From NCBI GenBank assembly GCA_002269645.1, contig NIVC01001863.1:164066-228065 (forward strand): a stretch of DNA of 64,000 bases. Direction: 5' to 3'. The position numbers were made by a program, and so were the translations under genes. This DNA comes from Macrostomum lignano (Eukaryota). Positions within the stretch are counted from its first letter, which is position 1; every line of letters begins with the position of its first letter. Shown here in pieces: positions 1 to 12,910 of the stretch. The notes below the pieces were generated by a model, which worked only from the letters and a program-made list of their open reading frames with translations, had not been told where the DNA came from and ran no database searches.

Positions 1-1
1 A

Positions 2-155
2 TTCCCTATTGCGGTAGGCACAGCGGTAGCCTCACTCAGCAGTTTCCCTATTGCGGTAGGCACAGCGGTAGCCTCACTCAGCAGTTTCCCTATTGCGGTA
101 GGCACAGCGGTAGCCTCACTCAGCAGTTTCCCTATTGCGGTAGGCACAGCGGTAG
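2..155. repeat. 42-bp minisatellite (~3.6 copies) in the intron upstream of the first visible DOCK exon
   Basis: Unit TTCCCTATTGCGGTAGGCACAGCGGTAGCCTCACTCAGCAGT recurs at 2, 44, 86, 128. Confidence 0.95.
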
Positions 156-178
156 TCCCCGCATTTTCCCTACTACAG

Positions 179-3100
179 CTGGCCGTCCAGGTGTGCGACA
201 AAGCCGGTAAGCCGGTCTCCGGAGTCCTTGGCAACCACCGGCTGTCCCTGCACGGCGACCAGCGCCAGCTGCGCTCTCAGCAGAGCGGGGACGAGTACCG
301 CAGCGTCATCTTCTACCACAACGGCCACCCGCGCTGGGACGAGCTCATCCGCCTGCACCTGGACTCCATCATGGACAACCTGGCCAGCCATCACGTCCGC
401 TTCGAGATTCGGCACCGATCGTCCAAGGCGCGCGGAGACGAGCGGCCGATCGGGTACTCGGTGCTGTTCCTGCACAACACCTTCCACCAGGAGATGCTCA
501 ACGCCACGCCCTGTCTGCAGAAGGACGGCGAGTACAAGCTGACCGTGTTTGAGAAGGCGCCACTAATGACGGACAGGGATCTCACTAGACGGTATGACCC
601 AGTGCCTCATCTACTCATTGTCACATCTATTTAGAGCCTCATCTACCCAGTGCCTCATCTACCCAGTGCCTCATCTACCCAGTGCCTCATCTACTCATTG
701 TCACATCTATTTAGAGCCTCATCTACCCAGTGCCTCATCTACCCAGTGCCTCATGTACCCAGTACCTCATCTAGCTCACCTGCCTCATCCTCAACCCCCA
801 GCTACCTGTTGTCGCCGACTCCCGATGACCCGAAGGCCCGGCGCAACAGCCTGACGGTGAGCCTGGGCCAGTGCAGCACGGAGCTCAGCACCAACTGGCG
901 GGTCAGCTCGCTGCTGCACCTCCGACTGGAAGCTGTGCAGAGGGAGCACCTGCATTTCTCTCAGGATGACCAGCGGGACGCCGCCGCGTTCTTCCCCCGC
1001 CTCCTCCGCTGCGTGCTCGGCCTCCTCCCCGACCCTCGGCTGGAGGCGTCCGCCTTCGGCACCCTGCTGTGCCTGCTGGCGCCCTACTCCACCGCCGCCG
1101 CCGGCGAGGAGCTGGAGGCCGTCCTGGCCGACCTGAAGCCGGACGATCTGCCGCCGGACGTGCACGAGCCCGTGCTGCGCCACCTGGCCGAGGGGCTCAA
1201 GGCCGACTTCAGAGCCAAGGAGTCCGCATCAGGGGGCCAGCAACAGCAGCCTGGCAGCGAGGACCCGTCGCATCGGCTGTACCAGGCGACGAGGTCGCTG
1301 CTTCGCATCGCCGTGCACTCGCTGCGACTGCGGCCTGAGCGACTGCAGCAGCCCGAGTACACGCAGAGACTGTTCGAGCCGCTGTTCACCCTGCTGCAGA
1401 CTCACCGGATTCAGGTGAGATCTTTAACACGCATAGCTTTATTAGTTTCTTATTAAATCATGCCGAATAGACAGCTGCTCCTGCCTTGGAAATGTTTGAA
1501 AGAATCGCCCTCAAACTGCTAAGAATCGCCTTCAGACTGCTAAGAATCACTGCTAAATACTCACCCCGCAGGTGAACGACGCGGCCCAGTACCGCTTAGT
1601 CAGCTCGTTCTTCGACGACTTTTTAGAGTCGTTCCTGCAGGTGCTGGAGCCGCTCTGGCTTGGCGACCAGCTTCTGCGCCTCATCAACAGCGTGCTGGAG
1701 CGGGAGGACCGGCTGCCGCACAGCCTGTTCAAGTTTGACCGCATCGTGGCCAAGGAGGCCTTCTGGAACTCCAAACTCCGGCCGCAGCTGGTTGACGGCG
1801 TCGTGAAATTCGTCTGCGACTTCATCCGCACCGAGGAGCGCAAGCCGGCCGACAGCAAGCACCGCGGCAATCTCAGCATGTACGAGGTGGTGCTCCGGCC
1901 GTTCAACGAGCTGCTGGCCATCCTGAGCCGACTGGACGAGGCCTCTGTGGCCCGGGAGGTTCAGCTGGTCTGCTGCGAGAAGCGGTTCCTGCGCACCCTG
2001 GTGCAGACTTGCGCCTCCATCGCCTTCGAGATGCCGCTGATGAACTTCCAGGTTGGTGCTGCTGTTGGTGCTGCTGTTGATGCTGAGGAAAGTCTCCAGA
2101 TTTTTTCTAGGGAAAGTCTCCGTTTTTCTAGGAAAGTCTCAGGATTTCTAGGGAAAGTCTCAGGATTTCTAGGGAAAGTCTCCGGATTTCTAGGAAAGTC
2201 TCAGGTTTTCTTGGGAAAGTCTCCGTTTTTCTAGGAAAGTCTCAGGATTTCTAGGGAAAGTCTCAGGATTTCTAGGAAAGTCGCAAGATTTCTAGGGAAA
2301 GTCTTCAACTTTCTAGGAAAGTTTCCATATTTCTAGGAAAGTCTCCGGATTTCTAGGAAAGTCTCCAAATTTCTAGGAAAGTCTTTCCAGGAAAGTCTCC
2401 AGAGCCCCCTATTTGCCCCGCCGCAGGTGAAAGCCAACACTGAGCCGAAGTTCATCCGCCTATTCATGGTGTCCATCGTGTCCTGCCTGGAGCTGCTGAA
2501 CCGGTCGCCGGACCTGTGGCAGCTGTGGATCGACTCCGCCATCTTTGCCGGCTCGCACTTCTACCTGCCCAACGACAGCAGCCCGACCGTGAACGCCGAT
2601 GACCTGGTGGCCAAGTGCGAGCTGGCCGACCAGACCAACGAGCTGCTGCAGCTGCTCACTGGCGTCTTCATCAACATTGAGGACCGCTGGATGAAGTGGC
2701 ACGACCTCAAACTGCTGGAGTCCAGAATCATTCTGCGCAGCCTTACCGTGATACAGGAGCAGCTGCTATATCTCTTCGCCAAGCCTCTGCAGCTCAACGT
2801 GGTGGAGAGTTTTCTCTACTGCGTGTTCGCCTTTCTGCGGCAGCCGCACCTCATCTACGAAACCTTCCCCACCGACAAGAAGGAGCACCACGTCAGGCTG
2901 ATGGAAGGCTGCGACCCCCGTCTGGCCGCCTTCGAGCTGGTGAAGCGGGCTTGGAGCAGTCTGGCTCCCGCTGACCAGCTGAAACTGGCCATGCCTCTGA
3001 TCACCTTGCTGCTGCAGGTGAGCGCCTGGCCTGCGTTTGTGGTCACGGGTGCATGGAGAACTTTCTGCCGCCCCACCAGACCTTCAGCTGCTTGGCTGCC

Positions 3101-6100
3101 CTCCCAGATCCCCAGTTGCTGGGCCAGCCTCCCAGATCCTCAGTTGCTGGGCAAGCCTCCCAGATCCTCAGTTGCTGGGCCAGCCTCCCAGATCCCCAGT
3201 TGCTGGGCCAGCCTCCCAGATCCTCAGTTGCTGGGCCAGCCTCCCAGATCCTCAGTTGCTGGGCCAGCCTTCCAGATCCTCAGTTGCTGGGCCAGCCTCC
3301 CAGATCCTCAGTTGCTGGGCCAGCCTTCTAGATCCTCAGTTGCTGGGCCAGCCTCCCAGATCCTCAGTTACTGGGCCAGCCTCCCAGATCCTAGCTCAGA
3401 CAAGCAGGTGTCACAGCGGCTGCCCTCCCATTCGTTTCGCAGGTGTCGCTGCAACGGCAGGAGCAGCTGAGGTGCGAGTGCGCCTTCATGCTGGTGGAGC
3501 TGCTTCGCTGCGAGTTCAGCCAGGAGAAGAGCATCTTCTCAGTCAGCAAGGAGATAACGTTCGTCATGGACAAGCTGGTGGAGGAGTTCGGCAGCAAAGA
3601 GTACGTGGAGAACTTTAGCCAGTACTTCAGCGATGCCCTGGCCAAGGAGGGCAAGTTCATCCAGAACGGCTTTATGTTCCAAAGCGAGATGCGGCGCCAG
3701 ATGGACCTGCTGCTGGAGTACAAGACCCTCATCGCAGACGAGCTGCCAGAGAACCGCATGTTCGCCATCTACAATCTGTACAAATTCTACAAGGAGATAA
3801 ACAAGGAGGAGATGTGCAATCGCTACCTGTACAAGCTGTGCCAGCTGCACGAGTCGGCCGGCAACTGGGCGGAGGCCGGCTGCGTGCTGCTGCTGCAGGC
3901 CAAGTACCTGGAGTGGGCCGACTCGCCGCTGAGCATCAGCAAGGGCGCGCTGCAGAAGAAATATCAGATCTGCAGGAGCCAGGGAGAGCTGAAGGTGCGC
4001 TGGGGTTTGGGGTGCAGTGGCGCCAGTAGGATCTGAGGCAAAAGCAAATCGTGTGCGATCGCCCTCAAGCACCCCGACAATCGCCCTCAAGCACCCCGAG
4101 AATCGCCTTCAAACATCCGACAATCGCCCTCAAAGTCCCGACAATCGCCCTCAAGCACCCCGAGACTCGCCTCAAGCACCCCGAGACTCGCCCTCAAGCA
4201 CCCGAAAATCGCCCTCAAGCACCCGAAAATCGCCCTCAAGCACCCCGAGACTCGCCTCAAGCACCCCGAGACTCGCCCTCAAGCACCCGAAAATCGCCCT
4301 CAAGCACCCGGAGAATCGCCTTCAAACATCCGACAATCGCCCTCAAAGTCCCGACAATCGCCCTCAAACACCCGACAATCGCCCTCAAAGTCCCGACAAT
4401 CGCCCTCAAAGATCCGACAATCGCCCTCAAACACCCGACAATCGCCCTCAAAGTCCCGACAATCGCCCTCAAAGATCCAACAATCGCCCTCAAAGATCCA
4501 ACAATCGCCCTCAAAGTCCCGACAATGGCCCTCAAAGATCCGACAATCGCCCTCAAAATATCCGACAATCGCCCTTAAACACCCGACAATCGCCCTCAAA
4601 GTCACTGAAACCTCCTGTCAACAGGGCACGCTGATCTGGGACGCCATCGGCTACTTCGAGAAGGGCAATCTATTCCACAAGGCCAAACAGCAGGCCGAGG
4701 TGCTATGGCACTACTACAAGGACATCCTGGTGGACTTTGCCAAGGAGCGCGAGGCCCTGGACCGCATGGCCGCCCTGTGCCAGTCCATCACGAACGTGGA
4801 GCAGGTGCACGCATTCAACTCCTACTACCTGGTGGAGTTCAAAGGCCCGGACTTTCCCAATTTCCTGCGCGACAGGAAGTTCATCTACTGCGGCATCGAC
4901 AGCAAGAAGCTGGCCGACGTGATCGAGACCTTCGAGACGCTGTTCCCCTACGCCAAGATCCCGCAGAACAAGCAGGACAGGGAGAACTACTCAAACCTTA
5001 TCGAGATCATCGCGGTGACCGCCGTGCCGCGGCCGCCGCCCAACGTCGGCGACACGCAGTACGACGTGTTGCAGTACTACGAGAACAACGAGGTGCAGCA
5101 TTTCATCCAGCGCAAAATGCAGGTGCGCACCGAGAAAGTCACCGAGAAGGTGTGCACCATCGACACCTTCGAGTCCATGGAGCCGTTCCCCAGCGTGCTC
5201 CGCCTGCTGCCCGCCAGTCACGTCAAGTCCGCCACCGAGACGCCACTGCAGAGCGCCGTTCGCGACAATGAGACCATGAATAAGAAGCTGAAGTACTCCA
5301 TCTACCAGCTGGTGACTGGCCGCATCAAGAGCAGCCAGGGCCTCGTGGGCCTCGTCAGCGGCATCGTCTGCGCCACTGTGGGCGGCGGAATTGACAACTT
5401 TATGGAGTTCTTCCAGGTGCTCGACGATATCCAGGTTGGTAGCTGAAGTTTTGCCGGGAGATGCTATGAGTTGAACTCGCCTCCCGATATGTATCGATTC
5501 TTGTTTATGCACAGAACTGCCGATATGTATCGATTCTTGTTTATCCACACAGAGCTGCCGATATGTATCGATTCTCGTTTATGCACAGACCTCCCGATAT
5601 GTATGAGTCTCGTTTATGCACAGAACTGCCGATATGTATCGATTCTTGTTTATGCACAGAACTGCCGATATGTATCGATTCTTGTTTATGCACAGAACTG
5701 CCTATATGTATCGATTCTCGATTATGTACAGAGCTGCCGATATGTATCGATTCTCGTTTATCCACACAGAGCTGCCGATATGTATCATTCTCGATTATGC
5801 ACAGACCTCCCGATATGTATGAGTCTCGTTTATGCACAGAACTGCCGATATGTATCGATTCTTGTTTATGCACAGAACTGCCTATATGTATCGATTCTCG
5901 ATTATGTACAGAGCTGCCGACATGTGTCGATTCTCGTTTATCCACACAGAGCTGCCGATATGTATCATTCTCGATTATGCACAGAACACCTGCCGATATG
6001 TATCGATTCTCGATCATGCACAGAACACCTGCCGATATGTATCGATTTAACATTAAAAAACGGTTCCCCTGCTTAAAACCCGCCACCAGACCGGCTTGGA

Positions 6101-6692
6101 CACCACGGACGGAGCGGAGGCGGACACCGGCCGGCTGGCCCAGGCGCTGGCCGAGCAGCTCAGCCTGTGCGCGCGCGCCCTGGACCTGTGCAAAGAGCAC
6201 GGCACGGACGTGCAGGCGTACGCTGGCCTGCTGCTAGAGAAGCTGGAGATGGTGCAGGGCTGCACCGGCATGGTGCTGCAGGCCGAGATTCGACAGCTGG
6301 CGGAGAAGCTCGCCAAGCCAAAGGGCGCCGGCGCTGGCGGAGCTGCCGCAGGCGTCGGCGGCGGCGGCGGTCTTCAGCAGCGCCTGCAGCGGCTGGACCC
6401 GTCAGCCATCGGGAGCACAATGCCGCGAAAGCCGCGACCTCCAACTGGCGCCCTAGGCGCCGGCGGCATTCAGCGCCGCCCGTCCGACCCACGCTGCTCC
6501 GTGTCCAGCAGCTCCAGCGGAGCCCGCGGCTTTGGCGACGAGGTCCCGCCAGCGGTGCCGCCGAAGCGCAAGTCGGAGACTCCGGCAGCCCTGCTGAGCT
6601 CGTCGCCTCCGCCTCCGTCGCTGGCGAACCTGCCGATCACTCCGCCCGCTGTGCCGCCCCGCAGCAGCCGGCAGCACGCGGAGGAGGTCTAA
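179..6692 (+). CDS. DOCK180/CED-5/Myoblast-city family Rac GEF (DOCK-A/B), 5'-truncated by window; exons 179-591, 802-1414, 1572-2051, 2427-3017, 3443-3994, 4625-5434, 6090-6692 (~1353 aa in window)
   Basis: All six introns are GT..AG with matching phases. DHR-1/C2 motif YRSVIFYHNGHPRWDE...RFEIRHRSSK; CSTELSTN; DHR-2 motifs YLYKLCQLH...NWAEAG, AIGYFEKG, FPNFLRDRKFIY, GIVCATVGGG (nucleotide-sensor Val position kept); C-terminal PPAVPPK/PPAVPPR SH3-binding motifs. Confidence 0.93.
597..800. repeat. 16-bp minisatellite in DOCK intron 592-801
   Basis: CCCAGTGCCTCATCTA repeated, with a higher-order duplication. Confidence 0.9.
2085..2400. repeat. ~20-21-bp minisatellite in DOCK intron 2052-2426
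   Basis: TTCTAGG(G)AAAGTCTCAGGAT repeated. Confidence 0.9.
3100..3392. repeat. 28-bp minisatellite in DOCK intron 3018-3442
   Basis: CCCAGATCCTCAGTTGCTGGGCCAGCCT repeated about 10 times. Confidence 0.92.
4055..4600. repeat. ~21-bp minisatellite in DOCK intron 3995-4624
   Basis: ACAATCGCCCTCAAAGTCCCG / AATCGCCCTCAAGCACCCCG variants. Confidence 0.9.
5480..6048. repeat. 36-bp minisatellite in DOCK intron 5435-6089
   Basis: GCCGATATGTATCGATTCTTGTTTATGCACAGAACT and variants. Confidence 0.9.
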
Positions 6693-6694
6693 AC

Positions 6695-7125
6695 GGAGTG
6701 ACAAGTCTGTATAGAGTGACAGTTCTGTAGTGATATTTACAGTGGTATACCTGTTACAACTTCGTTAGAGTGATAATTTTATAGAGTGGCAATTTTATAG
6801 AGTGAGAATTCTGAAGAGTGACATTTTTAGAGTGAAAATTCTATTGAGTGACAATTTAATAGAGTGACAATTCCATAGAGTGACAATTTTATAGTGACAA
6901 TTCCATAGAGTGACAATTTTATAGTGACAATTCCATAGAGTGACAATTTTATAGAGTGACAATTCCATAGAGTGACAATTTTATAGTGACAATTCAATAG
7001 AGTGACAATTTTATAGAGTAACAATTCCATAGAGTGACAATTCTGTAGTGACAATTTAATAGAGTGACAATTCCATAGAGTGACAATTTTATAGTGACAA
7101 TTCCATAGAGTGGAATTTCTAAGTG
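6695..7125. repeat. ~14-16-bp tandem array downstream of the DOCK stop
   Basis: AGAGTGACAATTTTAT / AGAGTGACAATTCCAT repeated. Confidence 0.88.
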
Positions 7126-7518
7126 ACATTACCAAGGATTGACAGCGGGCGATCATTCTGTATAGTTGCACAGTCTTAGTTAAACATTGAGTGACAACAG
7201 CCCGGAGTGACGCATGCACAGAGTGACAAATTCAATTTATATTCAGCATGCCGGCTTCAGCTTGGCAACGCAACGCCCTTGCCACTCAAGTCACTCCTGC
7301 GCCCGTCTGTATTGTATTTTTATTAAAATTGTCTCCGGTTGTTTTGACTTCCCATTTTATTATGATTTCCAATGCGCGTTTTTGTCCAACTGCATGGCGG
7401 GCCTTCCTGTTCATCCTCAATGTTCCCGCCTGTCACTGGCACACCGATGCCGACATTTACATGTGTCTTTGTTATGGCTGCTCAGTCTTTATCCCAGATA
7501 GGTTATTATGCAGATTGT

Positions 7519-7903
7519 GGGCTTGCCCGGATCTCTGAGTGAGGGCTTGCCCGGATCTCTGAGTGAGGGCTTGCCCGGATCTCTGAGTGAGGGCTTGCCC
7601 GGATCTCTGAGTGAGGGCTTGCCCGGATCTCCGAGTGAGGGCTTGCCCAGATCTCTGAGTGAGGGCTTGCCCGGATCTCTGAGTGAGGGCTTGCCCGGAT
7701 CTCTGAGTGAGGGCTTGCCCAGATCTCTGAGTGAGGGCTTGCCCGGATCTCTGAGTGAGGGCTTGCCCGGATCTCTGAGTGAGGGCTTGCCCGGATCTCT
7801 GAGTGAGGGCTTGCCCGGATCTCTGAGTGAGGGCTTGCCCGGATCTCTGAGTGAGGGCTTGCCCGGATCTCTGAGTGAGGGCTTGCCCGGACCTCTGAGT
7901 GAG
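7519..7903. repeat. near-perfect 24-bp tandem array (~16 copies)
   Basis: GAGTGAGGGCTTGCCCGGATCTCT repeated with very few variants. Confidence 0.95.
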
Positions 7904-8479
7904 GGCGGACAATCCATTGTCTAAGCCTTCTGTTTTGCTCTCTGCTCCCGATTCAAACATTCGAGTCTTCCCATTTGCGAGCCGCCAGAGTTGCGTGGAA
8001 CGGGCGGCTGCACACGCACTATGCTAGGCGTACTGGCGCATGCTAGGAATGTTTGTTTACCTGCCAATAAGAATTACTTTTCATTACTGATGAGATTCCA
8101 CTATTTTGTATTTATACTCGATATATTTATATTCAATAATATATTTGCTAGATATCTTATGGATTCCCTATTGCTGCCGACGTGCTTGCAGACTGCATGC
8201 CTCACTTTGTTCATTCACTTTTATTAGTCTGTGCTAACTTTACTGTTTACATTGCCTGCTTAACCTGTTTATAACACAGACCCAATTTTATACACTGCTG
8301 CTCTACAATAAAATATTGGAAACGCTTGGCGCATTGCTTCTGAGCTGCGCTGCTCTGGGCAGAAGTTTTGCATTTTGAGTTTTGAGTTTTATTTCCTGCC
8401 TGGGGTGATAATTGGTGAGGATCGGTATTTCAAAAGCGGAACCCACCAGATAAAAATCCAATATACTAAAAATCCATAC

Positions 8480-9802
8480 TAGAATCCCAATCAAATCCCC
8501 GCCAAAATCCCCACCGGAATCCCCACCAGAATCTTCTTCAAAATCCCCACCAGAATATCCACCAGAATTCCAATCAAGATCCCCACCAGAGTCACTATAT
8601 AAATCCCCACAAGGATCCCCACCAGAATCCCAATCAGAGTCCTCACCAGAATCCCAACCAGAATCCCCATCAAGATCCCCATCAAAATCCCCACCAAAAT
8701 CCTCACCAGAATCCTCACCAGATCCCCATCAGAATCCCATCAGAATCCTCACCAGATCCCCACCAGAATCCTTACCAGATCCCCACCAAAATCCTCACCA
8801 GAATCCTTACCAGATCCGCATCAGATCCTCATCAGATCCCCATCAGTTACCCATCAGATACCCACCAGAATCCTCACCAGATCCCCACCAGATCCCCATC
8901 AGGTCCCCATCAGATACCCATCAGATACCCACCAGAATCCTCTCCAGATCCCCACCAAAATCCTCACCAGAATCCTTACCAGATCCCCCACCAGATCCCC
9001 ATCAGGTCCCCATCAGATACCCATCAGATACCCACCAGAATCCTCACCAGATCCCCACCAGATCCCCATCAGGTCCCCATCAGATACCCATCAGGTCCCC
9101 ATCAGGTCCCCATCAGATACCCATCAGGTCCCCATCAGATCCCCATCAGATCCCCATCAGGTCCCCATCAGATACCCATCAGATACCCACCAGAATCCTC
9201 ACCAGATCCCCACCAGATCCCCATCAGGTCCCCATCGGATACCCATCAGGTCCCCATCAGATACCCTTCAGATACCCATCAGATCCCCATCAGGTCCCCA
9301 TCAGATACCCATTAGGTCCCCATCAGATACCCACCAGAATCCTCACCAGATCCCCATCAGGTCCCCATCAGATACCCATCAGATCCCCATCAGATACCCA
9401 TCAGATACCCACCAGAATCCTCACCAGATCCCCATCAGATACCCATCATGTCCCCATCAGATACCCATCAGATCCCCATCAGATACCCACCAGAATCCTC
9501 ACCAGATCCCCACCAGATCCCCATCAGGTCCCCATCAGGTCCCCATCAGATCCCCATCAGGTCCCCATCAGATCCCCATCAGGTCCCCATCAGATACCCA
9601 TCAGATACCCACCAGAATCCTCACCAGATCCCCACCAGATCCCCACCAGATCCCCATCAGGTCCCTATCAGATACCCATCAGGTCCCCATCAGATACCCA
9701 TCAGGTCCCCATCAGATACCCATCAGGTCCCCATCAGATACCCATCAGATACCCACCAGAATCCTCACCAGATCCCCACCAGATCCATCAGGTCCCCATC
9801 AG
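8480..9802. repeat. 1.3-kb complex C/A-rich satellite upstream of TCF25
   Basis: CCCCATCAGAT / CCCATCAGGT / CCCACCAGAATCCTCACCAGAT subunits. Confidence 0.9.
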
Positions 9803-9946
9803 AATGCTCGGCTGATTCCCATCCCATGCAATCGAGTCGCCCTCTTGTGCATGCAAAGTTCTCCCAAGTTGGGAAGATTATCCGCACCGACCTGAGTCGG
9901 GAGTCGTTACCGATCGCAGCACTCCAGCGGCGGGCAGCAGCTCGCC

Positions 9947-11863
9947 ATGTCCCGTCGAGTTTTACGAAAGCTGCAGGAGGCGGAGGCCGCGGCCAAGGCG
10001 GCCGAGCTGGAGAAGACGGACGCGGCTGCTCAAGATGAAGCTGAGGATGCTGAGCCCGCTGGCCGGGTCAACCAGTTCGCGCTGCTCATGTCGCAGGAGG
10101 ACTCGCAGTCGGAGGCTGAGGATGCCGGAGAGGATGCGGAGCCGAGCAGCCCGCAGCCGCCGCAGCAGAAGCAGAAAAAGAAGAAGAACAAGAAGGCAGG
10201 CAAGCGGAAGGGCGGGGAGGCCGCAGTGGATGAGGAGGACGAGTTCGCAGCGGCTCTGGCCAGCGCCGACTCGAACCCGGCACCTCCGGCGACGGTCTCG
10301 GCGGTGTCGAACGTCAGCGGCGGAGGCGGCAAGCCGCTGCTCAGCGTCGACCTCCGCCTGCTGGACGGCGGCCAGGAGCTGCGGCGGCTGTTCGGCCAGG
10401 CGGCAGGGGAGTCGGCGGCCCGCCAGCCGTCCACCAGGCGGCTCCAGCAGCAGCAGCCGGGCGGCTGGCGGCGCGGCCTGCTGGCCCAGCCGAAGCCCAC
10501 GTGGCCGCCGGTGGTCCGCCTCGGCCTGTCCATGTCGCCGGACGCGGAGACCTTCGCCTCGGACAGCTTTCCGGCCGGCAGCGCCGCCTACCGGTTTGAG
10601 CACAGCCGCGAGTACCAGCGCACCCAGCTGGCCTTCGCCGACGCCGTCGAGTCCGGGCAGCCCGACCGCCTGGCCGAGATCCTGCACCGGCAGCCCTACC
10701 ACGTCGACACCCTGCTGCAGCTGGCCGAGGTCTTCCGCCTGCAGGAGGACGCCGCCACCGCCGCCGACCTGGTCGAGCGCGCCCTGTACGCCATGGAATG
10801 CGCCGCTGCGCCCGGCTTCAGCTTCGCCAGCGACCGCTGCCGCCTCAGCTTCGCCCGGCGCGAGAACCGCGCCCTGTTCTCGGCGCTGCTGCGCCACGCC
10901 CTCGCCTTGACCGGCCGCTGCTGCCACCGCGCCTGCCTGGAGACCTGCAAGCTGCTGCTCAGCCTCAGCCCCACCGCCGATCCCATGGGCTCCCTGCTGC
11001 TCATCGATGCCGCCTGCCTCATGTCAGGTCAGGAGGAGTTCCTGCTCCGCCTGCTGCACGCCTGGGAGCCGTCCAGGCACCTGACCCAGCTGCCCAACTG
11101 GGCCTTCTCGGCCGCCCTCGCCCGCTTCCGCGTGGGCCGCCCCGATGCCGCCGCTGCTCTGGACGCTGCGCTCATCCAGTTCCCCTCTGTGCTGGCGCCG
11201 CTGCTCGCCCGCCTCAGCGTGGAGGCCGCGCCTCCCGTGTCCGGCTGCCGCCTGTTTAGCGCCGCCGAGGCCGACCGGGAGTCGAGTCCGGGACTGCGCC
11301 AGCTGTGCGGCCTCTACGTGCAGCGCTGCGGCCACTGCTGGAAGGAGGCCGCCGCCGTCACCTTCCTCGTGTCCGGCGCCGCCCGCGTCGCCGAAGCGGC
11401 CGCCGCCACCCCGCCGGATCCTCGCATCGCTGAGGCCGCCGAGCGGCGACGCCGCCGCTACCGGCGCACCCCGCTGAACGTCCTTCGGCACCTGGTCGTC
11501 TCCGAGGTCCGCGACGCCCTCGCCGACCTGCCGGCGGACGTCGACCCGGCCGGGCTGAACGCCTTCGACCCGCTGCCGCCGCCCGACTCCGTGTGCGGCT
11601 ACGACCTCGACCGGCTGCGCCGACTTCGCGCCGGCGCTGGCGGCGCCTCCGCTGCCGACGACGGTCTGCTGACCGCCTTCCTGCGCTCCCTGATGCCCAA
11701 CTTCGACCCGAGCGCGCCGCCCCAGCCCCAGGGCGCCGAGGGCGGAGAAGGCGGTGGTGGCGGCGGCCTGGCGGGCCTCCTGGAGTCGGTGCGGCAGCTG
11801 CTGAACGGCCTGGGGCCGCCGCCTCCGCCGTTTGATGAAGAAGCGGACGGGGGTGTGGACTGA
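9947..11863 (+). CDS. TCF25: TCF25/Nulp1 (Rqc1 homolog, ribosome quality control), intronless, 638 aa
   Basis: N-terminal MSRRVLRKL, acidic/basic tract KKKKNKK, PKPTWPP, FEHSREYQRTQLAF, PYHVDTLLQLAE, DLVERALYAMEC, RENRALFSALLRH, CKLLLSLSPTADPMGSLLLID, LPNWAFSAALA match the TCF25 family. AATAAA near 11969. Confidence 0.92.
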   Translation: MSRRVLRKLQEAEAAAKAAELEKTDAAAQDEAEDAEPAGRVNQFALLMSQEDSQSEAEDAGEDAEPSSPQPPQQKQKKKKNKKAGKRKGGEAAVDEEDEFAAALASADSNPAPPATVSAVSNVSGGGGKPLLSVDLRLLDGGQELRRLFGQAAGESAARQPSTRRLQQQQPGGWRRGLLAQPKPTWPPVVRLGLSMSPDAETFASDSFPAGSAAYRFEHSREYQRTQLAFADAVESGQPDRLAEILHRQPYHVDTLLQLAEVFRLQEDAATAADLVERALYAMECAAAPGFSFASDRCRLSFARRENRALFSALLRHALALTGRCCHRACLETCKLLLSLSPTADPMGSLLLIDAACLMSGQEEFLLRLLHAWEPSRHLTQLPNWAFSAALARFRVGRPDAAAALDAALIQFPSVLAPLLARLSVEAAPPVSGCRLFSAAEADRESSPGLRQLCGLYVQRCGHCWKEAAAVTFLVSGAARVAEAAAATPPDPRIAEAAERRRRRYRRTPLNVLRHLVVSEVRDALADLPADVDPAGLNAFDPLPPPDSVCGYDLDRLRRLRAGAGGASAADDGLLTAFLRSLMPNFDPSAPPQPQGAEGGEGGGGGGLAGLLESVRQLLNGLGPPPPPFDEEADGGVD

Positions 11864-12608
11864 GGCTGGGCTGACTGGCACAAGTTGGGATGCAGACAAT
11901 TAAAATATATAAAAGAAATGTGAAAGCGCATGAAATACTACTATAAGTTTACTTCGGTAGCAGCATGACAATAAAACAAGTTCTGATCATGGAATTTCAG
12001 TCAGGTCCATATACATTTGGTTTGGCTTGTCAAAGAAGTCAAGAAACACTTTGGAAATTTAGCGATATTAACGTAACAGTATATTAGAACGCTTTTTAAT
12101 AATTAATGTCCATTTCTCCACAGCCAACTCATAGTGGCTGTGACGGAAGTTTTGAGCGCAGATCAGAGGGATCTTTCTCGAAGTCTGACCATAGACGTAA
12201 GATGGAGAGGCCGCACTAATGGCTTGCTAAAAAGGTGACCTAGCGTAAGGCCGATCGAAACTTTACGGTTTCTTAACTCCATTTGATGCCATTTCACCTT
12301 CGACATTGTCGGATGGTCACCAATCAGTCTCAGAGCGATCAGCCTTCGGTTTTGAATTCCAATTTGGAGGATTTCCTATCGGCCATCTCGAAGACTGTAC
12401 AGCCAAAGGCCCTATTAAACGCATCACTCTCCGTGGAGTGCACTCACATGTACATGCATAATATGCCTTTCGGCTCTGTGCACTATTTCTGCTCAAATCT
12501 TGGGTAATCTTGAGCCGACACCTACTGCCTGTCTGTCTGACCGTCAGCCACTCAAATAGTGCAGGGCTCACTTAACATTTTATGATTTTCAATAATAAAT
12601 AATAACTG

Positions 12609-12910
12609 ATTACACCTGCCCTAATTGACAGACGTGCAACCGACAGCTCAGCCGCAGCTATTGCCGGCGCATCTGAAGGCTGCGTATGGCTGTTCAGTCC
12701 AAGGACTGGGGGGGGGGGGTACACACCCTCCAATTACCCCAGCTAATGCTGGCACCAATTTTGCATTTACAGCTGGGTGAACTGAAGCAGTTTAGAGAGT
12801 TAAATGTCTTGCTCAATCAAGGACGCAAATTGTTCGTGTAGGATCGTGAATCGAACCCCCAACCTTCAAGTCGTAAGTCCGACGCTCTAACCAGGAGGCT
12901 ACAACACCCT
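12609..12910 (-). mobile_element. tRNA-derived SINE, copy 1
   Basis: Minus strand begins with a tRNA-like head (A-box-like GGTTAGAGCG, B-box GGTTCGATTC), then a body shared with the copies at 20.2, 20.5 and 42.0 kb (GCTGGCACC..TTACAGCTGGGTGAACTGAAGCA) and an AT-rich tail. Confidence 0.82.

Noticed and set aside
9962-11899. Long antisense and alternate-frame ORFs over TCF25 (and over the DOCK, ABCA and GPCR exons)
   Set aside because: Shadow ORFs of GC-rich coding sequence with no recognisable motifs.
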